64,000 nt of DNA, from the NCBI GenBank assembly GCA_964016885.1, contig OZ024751.1, positions 19,902,001-19,966,000 on the forward strand. The letters run 5' to 3'. Shown here one piece after another: positions 28,785-41,165 of the stretch; position 1 is the stretch's first letter, and every line of letters begins with the position of its first letter. A program made the translations under genes and the position numbers. The notes under the pieces were generated by a model. The model was not told the origin of the DNA. It did no database searches and worked only from the letters and a program-made list of their open reading frames with translations. Origin of the DNA: Eledone cirrhosa. Taxonomy: Eukaryota.

Positions 28785-29304
28785 GTCCATACATACATAT
28801 ATACGTACACACATACATTTGACTTATTTACGTACATACTCAGGCACACATACATACATACATACATACATAAATGCCTGCGTACCTACATATATACAAA
28901 GACAATACATATTTACATACGTACATTACAAATTAAGACACACATACATAGACATAAAAATAAATACCTATCTACAAGCAGACATTTTTTTGCGTCTATC
29001 CAAGTAGAGACGTATACATACCTCTAAGAAACACGTGTTGTGTGGGCGTCTATATGGGGTGCGTGGGCGTGAGTACGCGCGCATATTTATGTGTGTGGGC
29101 ATACGCCTATTGTATTATTATGTAACTGCTTTTAGTTGTTAAATTTAAGAAACCATACGTTTTTTTCTTCTACCTCTTCTTTTTTTCTTCTTCGTCATCT
29201 TCTTTTCTTCTCCTTCATCTTCTTTTCTTCTTCTTCATCATCTTTTCTTCTTATTCTTCTTTTCTTCATATTCTTCTTTTCTTCTTCTTCGTCTTATTCT
29301 TCTT

Positions 29305-29505
29305 TTCTTCTTCTTCGCGCGGGCAAAGTCCTCAAACAATCCTTCCAGTGAGTCATGCCGGAAGCAACGGGCTCCAACTGATCCCGCCGGATCCCCCGAG
29401 CGAAACCAGCTGAGCTCACATATGTTATCCAACCATCCTGCTCGGGGTCTATCTCTGGGTCTCCTGCCGATTGTTTTATCCGCAAAATCAGGCCAGAAAT
29501 AATGC
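29305..29505 (-). mobile_element. RTE-clade LINE 3' end with (AAG)n tail
   Basis: Minus translation GRRPRDRPRAGWLDNICELSW..WKDCLRTLP (frameshifted), typical of the RTE C-terminus. Confidence 0.7.
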
Positions 29506-29552
29506 CAATTGATATATATGTGTCGATAGATAGATAGATAGATAGATAGATA

Positions 29553-29932
29553 TATTTCTTTATTAGCCACAGGGGCACAAAAGAAGGGGACAAATACAAA
29601 GGGGGAAGTTTACATACAATAAAAACGTGTAAAATGTTATCACAGATGGAATTTAAAAGTTAGTCGATTTTCCCCAATAGAGGGAGACAGTTTATATGGG
29701 TAACACATAGCCCCGAAAAAAAATGTGCAACCCTCATCTCCAGGAGTACGAAGAGCTTGTACTCCTTTCCTCTCCTCCTCCTTTTCCTCAACCTACAGGC
29801 TGATATAGAGAGAAGGCCCATTCACTCGGGCCATTCTCGCCACTTTCACCCACCTTTCATAAAACTTGCTGGGGTACAGCACCTCTCTCTCCATCCTGAC
29901 TCTTCTTCCAAAGTGGTATTTGAAAAAAAGAA
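29553..29932 (-). mobile_element. L1/Tx1-like LINE 3' end between (GATA)n tracts
   Basis: Minus frame FFKYHFGRRVRMEREVLYPSKFYERWVKVARM..stop; 3' UTR ends in AATAAA; clade is recalled, not verified. Confidence 0.5.
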
Positions 29933-29944
29933 TCAGATAGATAA

Positions 29945-30000
<56 letters not shown>

Positions 30001-30282
30001 GCAGACAAGCTGGTAGGTAGATAGGTAGGTAGATATAGATGGGTAGGGAGGTTGACAGATATAGATGAATAGATAGATAGTTAGATAAGATTTGGTCAAA
30101 TAAAGTTGATGCTATCGGGAACTTGGTAGTCTTATGAACTTTTTTTTACATAACAAAACACCATGCGCGATTCCAACATGGCTGCCAAGCAAATGACATG
30201 ATTTTCTTTATGTAAGAAAATCACAAGTAGCTGAGGGCATTGGTTTTAGTTGACCAAAGCAAACAGAAATATTCTTTTATTG

Positions 30283-30343
<61 letters not shown>

Positions 30344-30381
30344 TGTGTGCGTGTGTATATACTTAATATTCATATATACAT

Positions 30382-30560
30382 GCATGGACACACTAGAAGT
30401 GGAGGACCAAGGTTAACGTATGTTGATGCCCTAAGGACAGACACTGGTCTGTTGGAGACGCAGGACATGGCAGCGATAATGAGGGACAGAGACCGCTGGA
30501 GAGAACTCGTCCATGGATCTCGGGAATTTTACCCGCCTTAGATAGATAGATAGATAGATA
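30382..30560 (+). mobile_element. RTE/RTE-X LINE 3' end with (GATA)n tail
   Basis: HGHTRSGGPRLTYVDALRTDTG..MRDRDRWRELV..stop, immediately followed by (GATA)n. Confidence 0.75.
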
Positions 30561-30585
30561 TGTATACGAATATAGATATTAACAT

Positions 30586-30758
30586 TGGATTGGCAGAGGG
30601 TCGGACGCCATGCTTTCCAGCATAGTTACGTCCCTTTACGATCTGAGTTCAAATCCCGCCGAGGTTGACTTTACCTTTCATCCTTACGGGGTCGATAAAA
30701 TAAAGTACCAGTAATGAACTGGGTAATTTGCTGGCCTTGTGCCTAAAGTAGAAACAAA
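30586..30758 (+). mobile_element. tRNA-derived SINE
   Basis: B-box GAGTTCAAATCC; body and tail match 61088-61275. Confidence 0.8.
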
Positions 30759-31077
30759 TATCTATGTCCGTATACATGTATGTCTTTGTATGCACATATG
30801 TACATCTATAAATGTACAAATCTGCGTATGTGTGTATATACATAAATACACTTATGAACATGCATGTGAGTACCTTTAAGCACTCGAGAAAATCATCCAT
30901 TCCCTCCTTAGCTAACATCAAACATTGTGTGTGTGTGTGTGCGTGTGCTCGCGGGAGATTAGTTAGATGGAGGGGCTGTTATATAGTGTCTTACACACAC
31001 TCATAATTCTACGTACCTTTTTATATACTTACACATGCATATATACACGTGTTAGTGTGTGTGTGTGTGTGTGTATG

Positions 31078-31126
<49 letters not shown>

Positions 31127-31362
31127 GTATATGTATGCATGTGTGTGTATATATATGTATGTATGTGTATATGTATGTATACACGCGTATATACTCTTGT
31201 ATGTTATGTAACCTTTACAATGCATTAATTAAGAAATCACAAGGAGAAAACGAAATGTTGTATAGCATTTAATATGCCACTGGATTGTTTCCGTTATAGA
31301 AGTAACACTCGAAGATCATCATCATCATCAACATTATCGTTGTGTTATATATATATATATAT

Positions 31363-31429
<67 letters not shown>

Positions 31430-31849
31430 AATGTGTGTTTAAAAGAACCTTCTGTACTTAAAATATTCAAGCAACATTATCTGAATGACCGCTTAATACG
31501 TGTAAGCAGTGATGTAAATGATATTTTCTGATGAGAAAATTGGCAGTGACTTCGAGGTTTCAGCTTGATCGCGTATGTATAACAGTTGATTTCGATCTCT
31601 CAGCACCACCTGCCCATGAAATACTTTTTTCTGTCTCAACTGAGCAGTGTTTCACTGCTCGCTCTTTCAATTCAAAGTTCTCCTCCCTCGTGTAGTATCT
31701 TACGGTATGTTTCAGATCAGGGCCGGTCTTTTAGCTCCTGAGACCCTAAGCTATATGAAATTAGAGGCCCTTCTTTAAAAACATTCTGTTAAAAATATTT
31801 AAAATAATTATACATGATTATTATATTTTATATAAATATTGGTCTCTTA

Positions 31850-31972
31850 TAATGGGCACAAGACCAGTGATTTGGGGGGAGGGGAAAGTCAATTAAATCG
31901 ACCCCAGTGCGTGATTGGTACTTTATTTTATCGACCCCGTGAGGATGAAAGGCAAAGTTAACCTCGGCGGGA
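31850..31972 (-). mobile_element. SINE 3' part
   Basis: Matches 56578-56700. Confidence 0.75.
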
Positions 31973-32014
31973 TATAAATAATAGAGAATAAATATATAAA
32001 TTTAGCCGTAATAA

Positions 32015-32116
<102 letters not shown>

Positions 32117-32371
32117 GAATACCACTATGACAGAATTTGTGGTAGCTTATAAGAAGGAATCGGAAAAATATTCAATCACTCTAAAACGCGAATCTACATG
32201 TTAAAACATATCTGAGGAGCTTCCGATTCCAGAGTCAGGTTCGATCATTAATAGATCGTTCCTCGAACTGAACGACAGTGAAACATGTAAAATGTAATTA
32301 ATATGTATATGATGCAACACTGATTCTTTGTTCCTTTATATATTAATACTATAAATACATATATATATATA

Positions 32372-32638
32372 CCGATATTGTTATACTTTGGGAGGGTCAT
32401 GTTGCCAATAAGAAACACACGCACCAGTTGCTTTCACTTCAATTTATTATAATAAATTTATAAATTTAGGAATTTATAAATTTCCGGTTGGTTGGTTGGT
32501 TCCACAACCAGATGGTTGTTTATATATTGTCAAAGTTCTTTCGTCACACATTCTGTGACCTCTTCAGTGACTGGGATTCTTTTCTTTGTTTTTGTGCCTC
32601 TCCTTTGTTCTGTCCTACGCCATCTTGTTTCTGTGTGT

Positions 32639-32640
<2 letters not shown>
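32372..32640 (-). mobile_element. PLE-like fragment with HHR at 32529-32571
   Basis: Minus strand GTCA-CTGAAGA-GGTCACA..TGTGAC-GAAA-GAAC-TT-TGAC; other copies at 34760-35030, 17678-17875 and the window end. Confidence 0.75.
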
Positions 32641-32671
<31 letters not shown>

Positions 32672-33409
32672 CAAAGATTTAGCTTTAAAGAATAGAATTA
32701 ATAAATCTAGTTTGAAATAGAAGTTTTCACCGTATTTTGACTAAAGAAAATTAGCGTGATAGTTGAGTTTAAAACCCTTTAAATGGAAAAGGATAAGTAT
32801 TGACGTACATGTGAGTCGAACCCACATCTTTGGTTTCCAGCTCAATGTTGTTAAAATAAAAATATATTTAAAAACTGCTGCGCCCCCGCCTCCTTCTCCG
32901 AGGGAGTATAACCATAAGCTATATCGTATTTAGCTTATTGGTAAATCTAGCACTGTTTCTGTTGCATGCTCAGACGTTATATATTATTGGCTCGACAAGA
33001 TTATTCTTACTTTAGGATCGACCTTAGCCACTAACATTTCATGCTTCCAACATTTCATGTTTCCAACATTTCATGCTTCCAACTAAGCTATTCCAGAAAT
33101 TGCATTGCAAATAAACATGCCTGGTTTATTTGTTTGAGTTTTTTTCTTTCTTTCTGCCTTTCGAGGAGGATGTTGTAATTATAGATAGGGGTTGCATAGC
33201 TGATAACAATGATAAAAAGATGTGTGCAGTTAATGAATAAATAAATGAATAAATAAATAATGGTAGAAAACAACACTGCTTGAAACAGCTCAATTACTCC
33301 TGAGGGTGCTTGAAAAATAAGGGTTTATGTTACCTCAGTTCACTGGCAATGAACAGCTGTCACCGTAATACATCTCCATCGTTAGAAACTGAACGAAGAA
33401 AACATAAGA

Positions 33410-33995
33410 ATGGTTTCTGATTTAGGCGCAAGGTCAACAAGTTGGGGAAAGGGATAGTCGATTAAATCGACACCAGTGCATTACTGGTACTTAATTTTAT
33501 CGAACCCGTAAGGATGAAAGGTAAAGCTTGACCGCGGCGGCATTTGAATTCAGAACGCAAATGGACGTAACTATATGCCACAAAGCAAATGTTGTCAATC
33601 CAACGCCCTACAATAAAACTAATGATCATTTCTACTTTTGGCACAAGGCCAGCAATTATCCCAGTGTATTACTGGTAGTTTATTTTATCGACCCCGTAAG
33701 GATGAAAGGCAAAGTTAACCTCGGCCGGATTTCAACTTAGAACGTAAAGGGCCGTAACTCTGTTGCATAATAATTGTTTCTACTTTTGGCACAAGGCCAG
33801 CAATTATCCCAGTGTATTACTGGTAGTTTATTTTATCGACCCCGAAAGAATGAAAGGCAAAGTTAACCTCGGCCGGATTTGAACTCAGACCATAAAGGGC
33901 CGTAACTCTGTTGCATAATAATAATAATTGTTTCTGGTTTAGGCACAAGGCCAACAATTTTTGGGGAGAGGAAAGCCTGTTAAATCGACCCCAGA
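33410..33995 (-). mobile_element. Tandem array of 4 truncated SINE copies
   Basis: Repeated TTTCTACTTTTGGCACAAGGCC..TTATCGACCCC..AAGGCAAAGTTAACCTCGG units. Confidence 0.8.
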
Positions 33996-34261
33996 ATAGT
34001 GTTTTCTAACAGCTTTACCGTTTAAGTTTCTATGTTTAAGAAGTTCATTTGGCAATCTTTTCATTTTGGGTTCACACTCATTGCGTGACAACTTGTGTAC
34101 ATGTCTTTTACTCTTTTACTAGAGTCTCAGTTTGGTTAATGCCTTGTAAATGGAATTACGTAGTCGGTATTTGCGTGGCCCCGTTACACACATGTGCGCG
34201 CGCACACACACACACACACTATACATATTTATAGACACACACAATAAGGATAATTGTGAAG

Positions 34262-34295
<34 letters not shown>

Positions 34296-34702
34296 ACGTT
34301 TAACGTCCGTGTTCCACGCTTGCATGGGTTTGGACGGGAGTAGTCCCACTTGAGGCAAGAGTGATTGTCTTGCTCGCATAGGACTGTCTGGCAGGTTTTC
34401 TACGGCTGGATGCCCTTCCTAACACCAACCACATTTACAGTGTGGGTCTGGGAGGTTTTTACCGTGTTGCCTACACGGCCACATTACAGCGTGGACTGTG
34501 TGTTTTTTTGTCGTGACACCTACACGATCTCATTTGTTTCGGCCTGGATGGCGCGGCACCAACATAACTTTACATAGAACAGGGTGGTGAGGATGGGGTG
34601 GGGGTAGATGTAGATATTCGTAATTCCTTTATCCATAATCAGCCGTATACATATTTCTGTAGCGTTCATGATTACGTGATGCTTTACGTGTATACCTGTA
34701 TA

Positions 34703-34759
<57 letters not shown>

Positions 34760-34765
<6 letters not shown>

Positions 34766-35030
34766 ATACTTTGGGAGGGTCATGTTGCCAATAAGAAACA
34801 CACGCACCAGTTGCTTTCACTTCAATTTATTATAATAAATTTATAAATTTAGGAATTTATAAATTTCCGGTTGGTTGGTTGGTTGGTTCCACAACCAGAT
34901 GGTTGTTTATATATTGTCAAAGTTCTTTCGTCACACATTATGTGGCCTCTTCAGTGACTGGGGATTCTTTTCTTTGTTTTTGTGCCTCTCCTTTGTTTTG
35001 TCCTACGCCATTTTGTTTCTGTGTGTGTGT
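34760..35030 (-). mobile_element. PLE-like fragment with HHR at 34916-34958
   Basis: Near-identical to 32376-32640. Confidence 0.75.
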
Positions 35031-35034
35031 TGTG

Positions 35035-35097
<63 letters not shown>

Positions 35098-35244
35098 ACA
35101 AATTTGAAGACTAAAATCCAATGGGGGCTCGATTCTTTGCTTAAACTTTAATCTGTTATTTTAATAAATATATATATATGTGTGTGTGGACGCATATGTA
35201 TCTGTGTGTGTCTGTATATTTATGTGTGTGTGTGTGTATCTGTC

Positions 35245-35290
<46 letters not shown>

Positions 35291-35513
35291 CATGTAGGTG
35301 TATGATAGAGAGAGAAGGTGGTAGTATGTTTCGCTGGTGTCTATTGGCCAGAGAGAGAGAGAGAGAGAGGGTTATGTAAACATCAAGATACAACAGTCTC
35401 TGTTTAGACCAGTCATGTGTTCTTGTCTTATCTTTTATTAAAACACACAACTTTGTGTCTAGACAGCAGATGGTAATACCGTTCTCGTTGTTCTCGTTAT
35501 TTAACCCTAGGCC

Positions 35514-35752
35514 AAGGGCGGTGGATTGGCAGTATAGAGCGAAGTACAAAAATGCTTTGCAGCATATAGTTACGTCTCTTTATGTTCTAAGTTCAAATCA
35601 TGTCGAGGTTATCTTTCCCTTTCATCTTCTTTCATGGTTAAGGGCGTTGGATTGGCAGTCTCAATTGAGCGAAGGACATGCTTTGCAGCATATAGTTACC
35701 CCCCTTTACGTTCTGAGTTCAAATCCTGCCGAGGTTATTTTTGGCTTTCATT
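35514..35752 (+). mobile_element. Two tandem SINE 5' halves
   Basis: GGCG(G/T)TGGATTGGCAGT..GTTCAAATC twice. Confidence 0.7.
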
Positions 35753-35884
35753 TTTTTTTTCATTCATAGTTATTAATGTACTAATATAAGGTTGGGGTTG
35801 GGGGGTTGGCGGGAGTATTGGGGCATCGGACCTGCTGATGTTTGCTCCAACTCACTGCGTTCAGTGTTCAAATCTCGCAGAGTT

Positions 35885-36530
35885 CATGATGGTGGTGTTA
35901 GTGGTGGGTGGTGTTGGTGTCAGTGGTGATGGTGGTGTAGAGGTTATGGTGGTGTAGGTGTCAGTGGTGATGGTAGTCTTGGTGGTGATGGTGGTGTTGG
36001 TGTTAGTGGTGATGGTGGTGCTGGTGGTTATGGTGGTGTCAGTGGTGATGGTGGTGATGGTGGTGTTAGTGGTTATGGTGGTGTAGATGTCAGTGGTGAT
36101 GGTAGTGTTGGTGTCAGTGGTGATGGTGGTGTTGGTGTCAGTGGTGATGGTGGTGTTGGTGTCAGTGGTGATGGTGGTGTTGGTGTCAGTGGTGATGGTG
36201 GTGTTAGTGGTTATGGTGGTGTAGGTGTCAGTGGTGATGGTGGTGTAGGTGTCAGTGGTGGTGGTGGTGTTGGTGTTAGTGGTGGTGGTGGTGTTGGTGT
36301 TAGTGGTGGTGGTGGTGTTGGTGTTAGTGGTGATGGTGGTGTTGGTGTTAGTGGTGATGGTGGTGATGGTGGTGTTGGTGTTAGTGGTGATGGTGGTGTT
36401 GGTGTTAGTGGTGATGGTGGTGTTGGTGTTAGTGGTGGTGGTGGTGTTGGTGTTAGTGGTGGTGGTGGTGTTAGTGGTGATGGTGGTGTTGGTTTTAGTG
36501 GTGCTAATGAATGTATTGGTGGTGGTGGGG
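35885..36530. repeat. 24-bp GGT-based minisatellite
   Basis: GGTGTCAGTGGTGATGGTGGTGTT units. Confidence 0.9.
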
Positions 36531-36610
36531 TAAGCAATTTATGACACTTCAGACATGACTCTCTGTCAATAACTTATTGGTAACCTGCTGGGTTGTTGGT
36601 AAATACACCA

Positions 36611-36656
<46 letters not shown>

Positions 36657-36867
36657 GTGTGTATGTATGTATGTGTGTGTGTGTATATGTATATATAATG
36701 TGTGTATGTGTGTGTGTGTGTGTGTGTGTGTATCCCAACTCTGCTTGAAACTGTTTATTGTTCTGCCTCATAGTAAGTCACACACACACACATAAAAATA
36801 TATACACGTACATATATATATATACACTCACACACACACACACACATATAAAAATATATATAGGTAC

Positions 36868-36899
<32 letters not shown>

Positions 36900-36999
36900 G
36901 CAACATATTGTTCAATTTTCATCTTAGTGTATAGTTAACGAGCTGCCATTTTACAAAAATATTCACGATTTTTTTCTGTAGATTAGCATCGTTGTGGTA

Positions 37000-37600
37000 C
37001 TGGTGGTGGTGGTGGTGGTGGTGGTGGTGGTGGTGGTGGTGGTGGTGGTGGTGGTGGTACTAATGTCAGTGGTATTGGTAGTGGTACTGATGACAGTGGT
37101 GATGGCGTTGGTTGTGGTTGTGGTGGTGGTGGTAGTATTGATAGCCGTGGTGGTGGTGATTGCATTTGTAGTGGTAGTGGTTGTGGTGGTAGTTCTGATG
37201 ACAGTGGTGGTGGTGGTGCTGGTGATGGCATTTGTAGTGGTGGTAGTGGTATTGATAGCGATGGTTGTGGTTGTGTTGGTGGTATTGATAGCAGTGGTGG
37301 TGGTGGTAGAGTGGTATTGATAGCAGTGGTGGTGGTGGTAGTGGTATTGATAGCAGTGGTGGTGGTGGTGGTGGTAGTGGTATTGATAGCAGTGGTGGTG
37401 GTGGTGGTGGTAGTGGTATTGATAGCAGTGGTGGTGGTGGTGGTGGTAGTGGTATTGATAGCAGTGGTGGTGGTGGTGGTGGTAGTGGCATTGATAGCAG
37501 TGGTGTTGGTGGTGGTAGTGGTATTGATAGCAGTGGTGGTGGTGGTGGTGGTAGTGGTATTGATAGCAGTGGTGGTGATGGCATTTGTGGTGGTGTTGGT
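37000..37600. repeat. GGT-based minisatellite
   Basis: GTAGTGGTATTGATAGCA(GTG)n units. Confidence 0.9.
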
Positions 37601-37887
37601 AAAGTTGGTGTTGTTTACTATCAGAGTGACAGTGGGTAATTTGTGTTTACTCTCGAGTAAAGAAAGAAAAACTAGATAACTCCTCGTGTGTTATTTCATT
37701 CCATGTTTATCCTAACCCCCTCCTCCTACCCGCCCTACCCACGGGGCTGTTGTTGTTGTTGGTAGTAGTATTTTGTTTTGTTGTGGTATTATTATTTAAT
37801 TTTTTTTTTTTTTACCCTGCTTTATCTTTCTGGAGTCCTGCTGGTTTTCTGCCTGTTTCCACAAACGTCACACACCCACTGTTTATT

Positions 37888-37945
<58 letters not shown>

Positions 37946-38423
37946 CACTACTACTACTACTACTACCTCCCCTACTACTACTAGCACTACTACTATTACT
38001 AGTACCTCAGTCACCACCTTTGACTTGGGTTTAATTTGGTAGGGGTAATCTTTTATTCTTTTACTGGTTTTATTCATTAAACTGCGGCCATACTGTGGCA
38101 CCACTTTGAAAGAATTTTAGTTAGTGAATCACAAAAGTCCTATCAGATACTTATTTTAGCGATCTCTATGTGTAGAGTCGCTAAGTTATGGGGTATAAAC
38201 AAACTAAACGTACACACTCCCTCCCACCAAAATCACTCGGTTTTGTTAAACAAAAAACACGCAATTTAAACGGTTTCATTTAAATTGAAATCTTTCAATA
38301 TACTTATATGTTATGAATACCATCTTCATAATGAAATAATTGATAATTTTAATAGATCCATGCGAATTCTTCAATAGGGTAAGTACATCGTTAGAAATAC
38401 AATCATAAAAGGGTTGTGTGTGT

Positions 38424-38504
<81 letters not shown>

Positions 38505-38599
38505 TACATACATACATATATATGTACATATATATACAGTTTTCCAAGAGATGTCAACATGAATGGACCTGTTATTTTTATCTAAAGACATTTTTTTCA

Positions 38600-38770
38600 A
38601 TTACAACCCGCCCTTCCCTCCAATCTGTCTTATCTCTTACTCTTTCTTGTGATGAAGGACTAGCGTCCGAAACCCGAAGACCCTCTTCCTGCTATTTCAA
38701 GCGTTAACCTAATATATTCCTTTCATATACTGTACCGATTGTGTTATTTCTGTTTACCTTTTACAAACAC
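38600..38770 (+). mobile_element. PLE-like 3' end with degenerate minimal HHR
   Basis: GTGATGA-AGGAC-TAGC-GTCC-GAAAC; tail CAAGCGTTAACCTAATA.. shared with 43331-43400 and related to ~1490-1560. Confidence 0.6.
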
Positions 38771-38813
38771 ACGCACGCACATATACACACACACACACAT
38801 ACATACACACACA

Positions 38814-38860
<47 letters not shown>

Positions 38861-39771
38861 CAAAAAAACAACGTGGAAGCGAAGAGGCAGTAAAAATGTT
38901 AATATATATATATATATACACACACCCGTTTCTGGTGGAGTAATAGGGGTGTCGTAGTAACATATGGTATGTCAAGGTACCTTTAAACCTTGGTGGACCC
39001 TATCTCCTCTCCAGCTCCGAACACAGCCGATTTCTACCAGCAATAGAGGAAGAAGCGACCCTAGTATTTGGATCGGTACTTTTATCAATAGAAAAGATGA
39101 AAAATCAAAGCTGGCCTCGGCGGGTTTTGAAATCAACTCAGATCACAGAAATCCGGAACGAATACCGCACTGCATTCTGTCCGACTTTTTCACGATTTTA
39201 CCAATTCATCAGCTCCATAAAAAGAGATTTGAACTCAGAACATAAAGGGACCTAACCCTATACTGTAACGAATATTGTCCGACGCTCTACCAATACTGCT
39301 TGCTCTATAAAAAATAAATGGTTAGATTAGAAAGAACTACAACAGATTTATCTCAAAATGGCAGTCATAATGATAATTATAATAATTTAAGCTTATTGAT
39401 TTCATCAAAATAATTACCGCTTTTAATTGATGATATTTCCGGATTATAATGTTTCAGGATTATTTTTCAAGATTATTCTTAGCTTTGTTGCTTAGCGTGA
39501 TTTACAGAGATTTTGTTTCTCTCCCAAACGCTAACAGTTTTTCCATTCGCTAATTTGTATGTAAATGGAATTATATTTATTAAATACAAATTAACACACC
39601 ATGGAAAATAGTTTTACATGAAATATTTTATATTTAATTGTTATGAATTATTAAAAGTATGAGGCAGATTATTTCCTTTTTGTTGTTGTTGGTTTCTTAT
39701 TTTCCTTTCGTTTTGCAATTTCTATTTTCAACAGAAAACAAAATTACTAGATTATCAAAAACATTTCTATT

Positions 39772-39970
39772 ATCTCTATATATATAAAACAGAGGATGTC
39801 GGACTGTCTGTCTGTGTAAATCCATAAAAGTCGAGAAGTACCCGACCGATATTTTTCAAACTTTACATATGCGTTACTTATATTACTTGAAGTGTTCGCA
39901 TTAGGCGAAAAACCGCATTTTAAAGGCATTTTTAGGCTATTTTGAGGTGAAACTTAAAGATAATCTAGCC
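39772..39970 (+). mobile_element. Non-autonomous Helitron 5' part
   Basis: TCTCTATATATATAAAACAGAGGATGTC is homologous to the start of 62306-63074; 3' end not clearly seen. Confidence 0.55.
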
Positions 39971-40551
39971 AATTTCCTCGAAATTTGCAACATAATTTAT
40001 ATTTTAGGGAGTGGAAGATTGACAGAATTGGTAGAGCGTCAACATTGTGGCATTTGTTCCGGCTCTTTACCGAGGACAACTACTTCATCCATCCAGATTC
40101 GATAAAAACAAGTCCCTGTTAAGTCCTGGAATTAAGTTAATCGATTGATCACTTCCATCCCATCCCCGAATTTATGGTCTTGTATTTAAGTTAAAAATTA
40201 ATATACTTCGATTTTTTTTGGTTGAAATATATAAATACCGAGCAAACATTTTGGTTTCTACGTTGTACTTAATCTAGAACATTTGTCTATCTTTATATTT
40301 TCTTATTTTACATTCCATTCTTTCATCGCATTTGCATAGTCAACGAGTATAAATAAGACAAAGAAACAGTGATATTCATTCACCTGGATGGACCCTCATA
40401 AATTTTTAATGTTTTAAAAATATACAAAAGATTATATATATATATAATCTTTTTCACTTTTTCACTTAATCTTATATCACTCCTCCAGGGATAACTTGAA
40501 CCGTTAAGGTATATTATCCTTGGTTATGTCAAATATTTATAAAACATTTTG

Positions 40552-40612
40552 TATTTTATCTGATGATAGCGTACCAAAATTTTGGTACCCTTGAAATATA
40601 TATAATAGAATA
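40552..40612 (+). ncRNA. Type I hammerhead ribozyme upstream of the four-jointed exon
   Basis: TATTTTAT-CTGATGA-TAGCGTACCAA..TTGGTACCCTT-GAAA-TATATA-TA-ATAGAATA. Confidence 0.78.
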
Positions 40613-40939
40613 AATATGGTTTTATAAATATAGTTTCCATTTTTTAATATCATTGTATTACTCTCTTGCTATATATATTACCCACTCTAATACCCTAAGT
40701 ATCGAGTACTCTGGTGCGTTATGGTCCACCTGGTATCTTACCACCCTTTCTTTGTTCTATTTATTTATTTATATCTATTTTAATCCGTTTACTAGTTTCA
40801 ATCATTAGACTGCGGCCATGTTGGGGCACTTCATTAAAAGAGTTTAATTGATCATATTGTCCCCATTATTATTTTTAAGGTCTGGTACTTATATTATTGA
40901 TCACTTTTTATCGAATCGCAAAGTTTGTTATTTTCATTA

Positions 40940-40995
40940 ATTATTATCTAATTTTTTTAATTACTATTTGTTTTATTTTTTATTTTTTCTCACAG
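40940..40995 (+). promoter_or_regulatory. Putative 3' splice acceptor ahead of the four-jointed coding exon
   Basis: CTAA branch-like motif, long T-rich tract ending TTTTCTCACAG, and a composition change at 40996. Confidence 0.65.
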
Positions 40996-41165
40996 ATGAT
41001 GGTTATTGAAGATGGAGTTACTTCAGCTCTTGATTCTTTGAAGTTGCCGATGAAACTTTAAAACAACTTTACCTGCCACTATCACCTGTAATAGCTACTA
41101 CTGTTAATTCGTAAGAAAAATCATCTCCCCTTTCTTCTTCATAATCGAAACTGAAACTTTCATAT

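Noticed and set aside
31718-31775. CAGGGCCGG hAT/MITE-like terminus
   Set aside because: No matching opposite TIR found.
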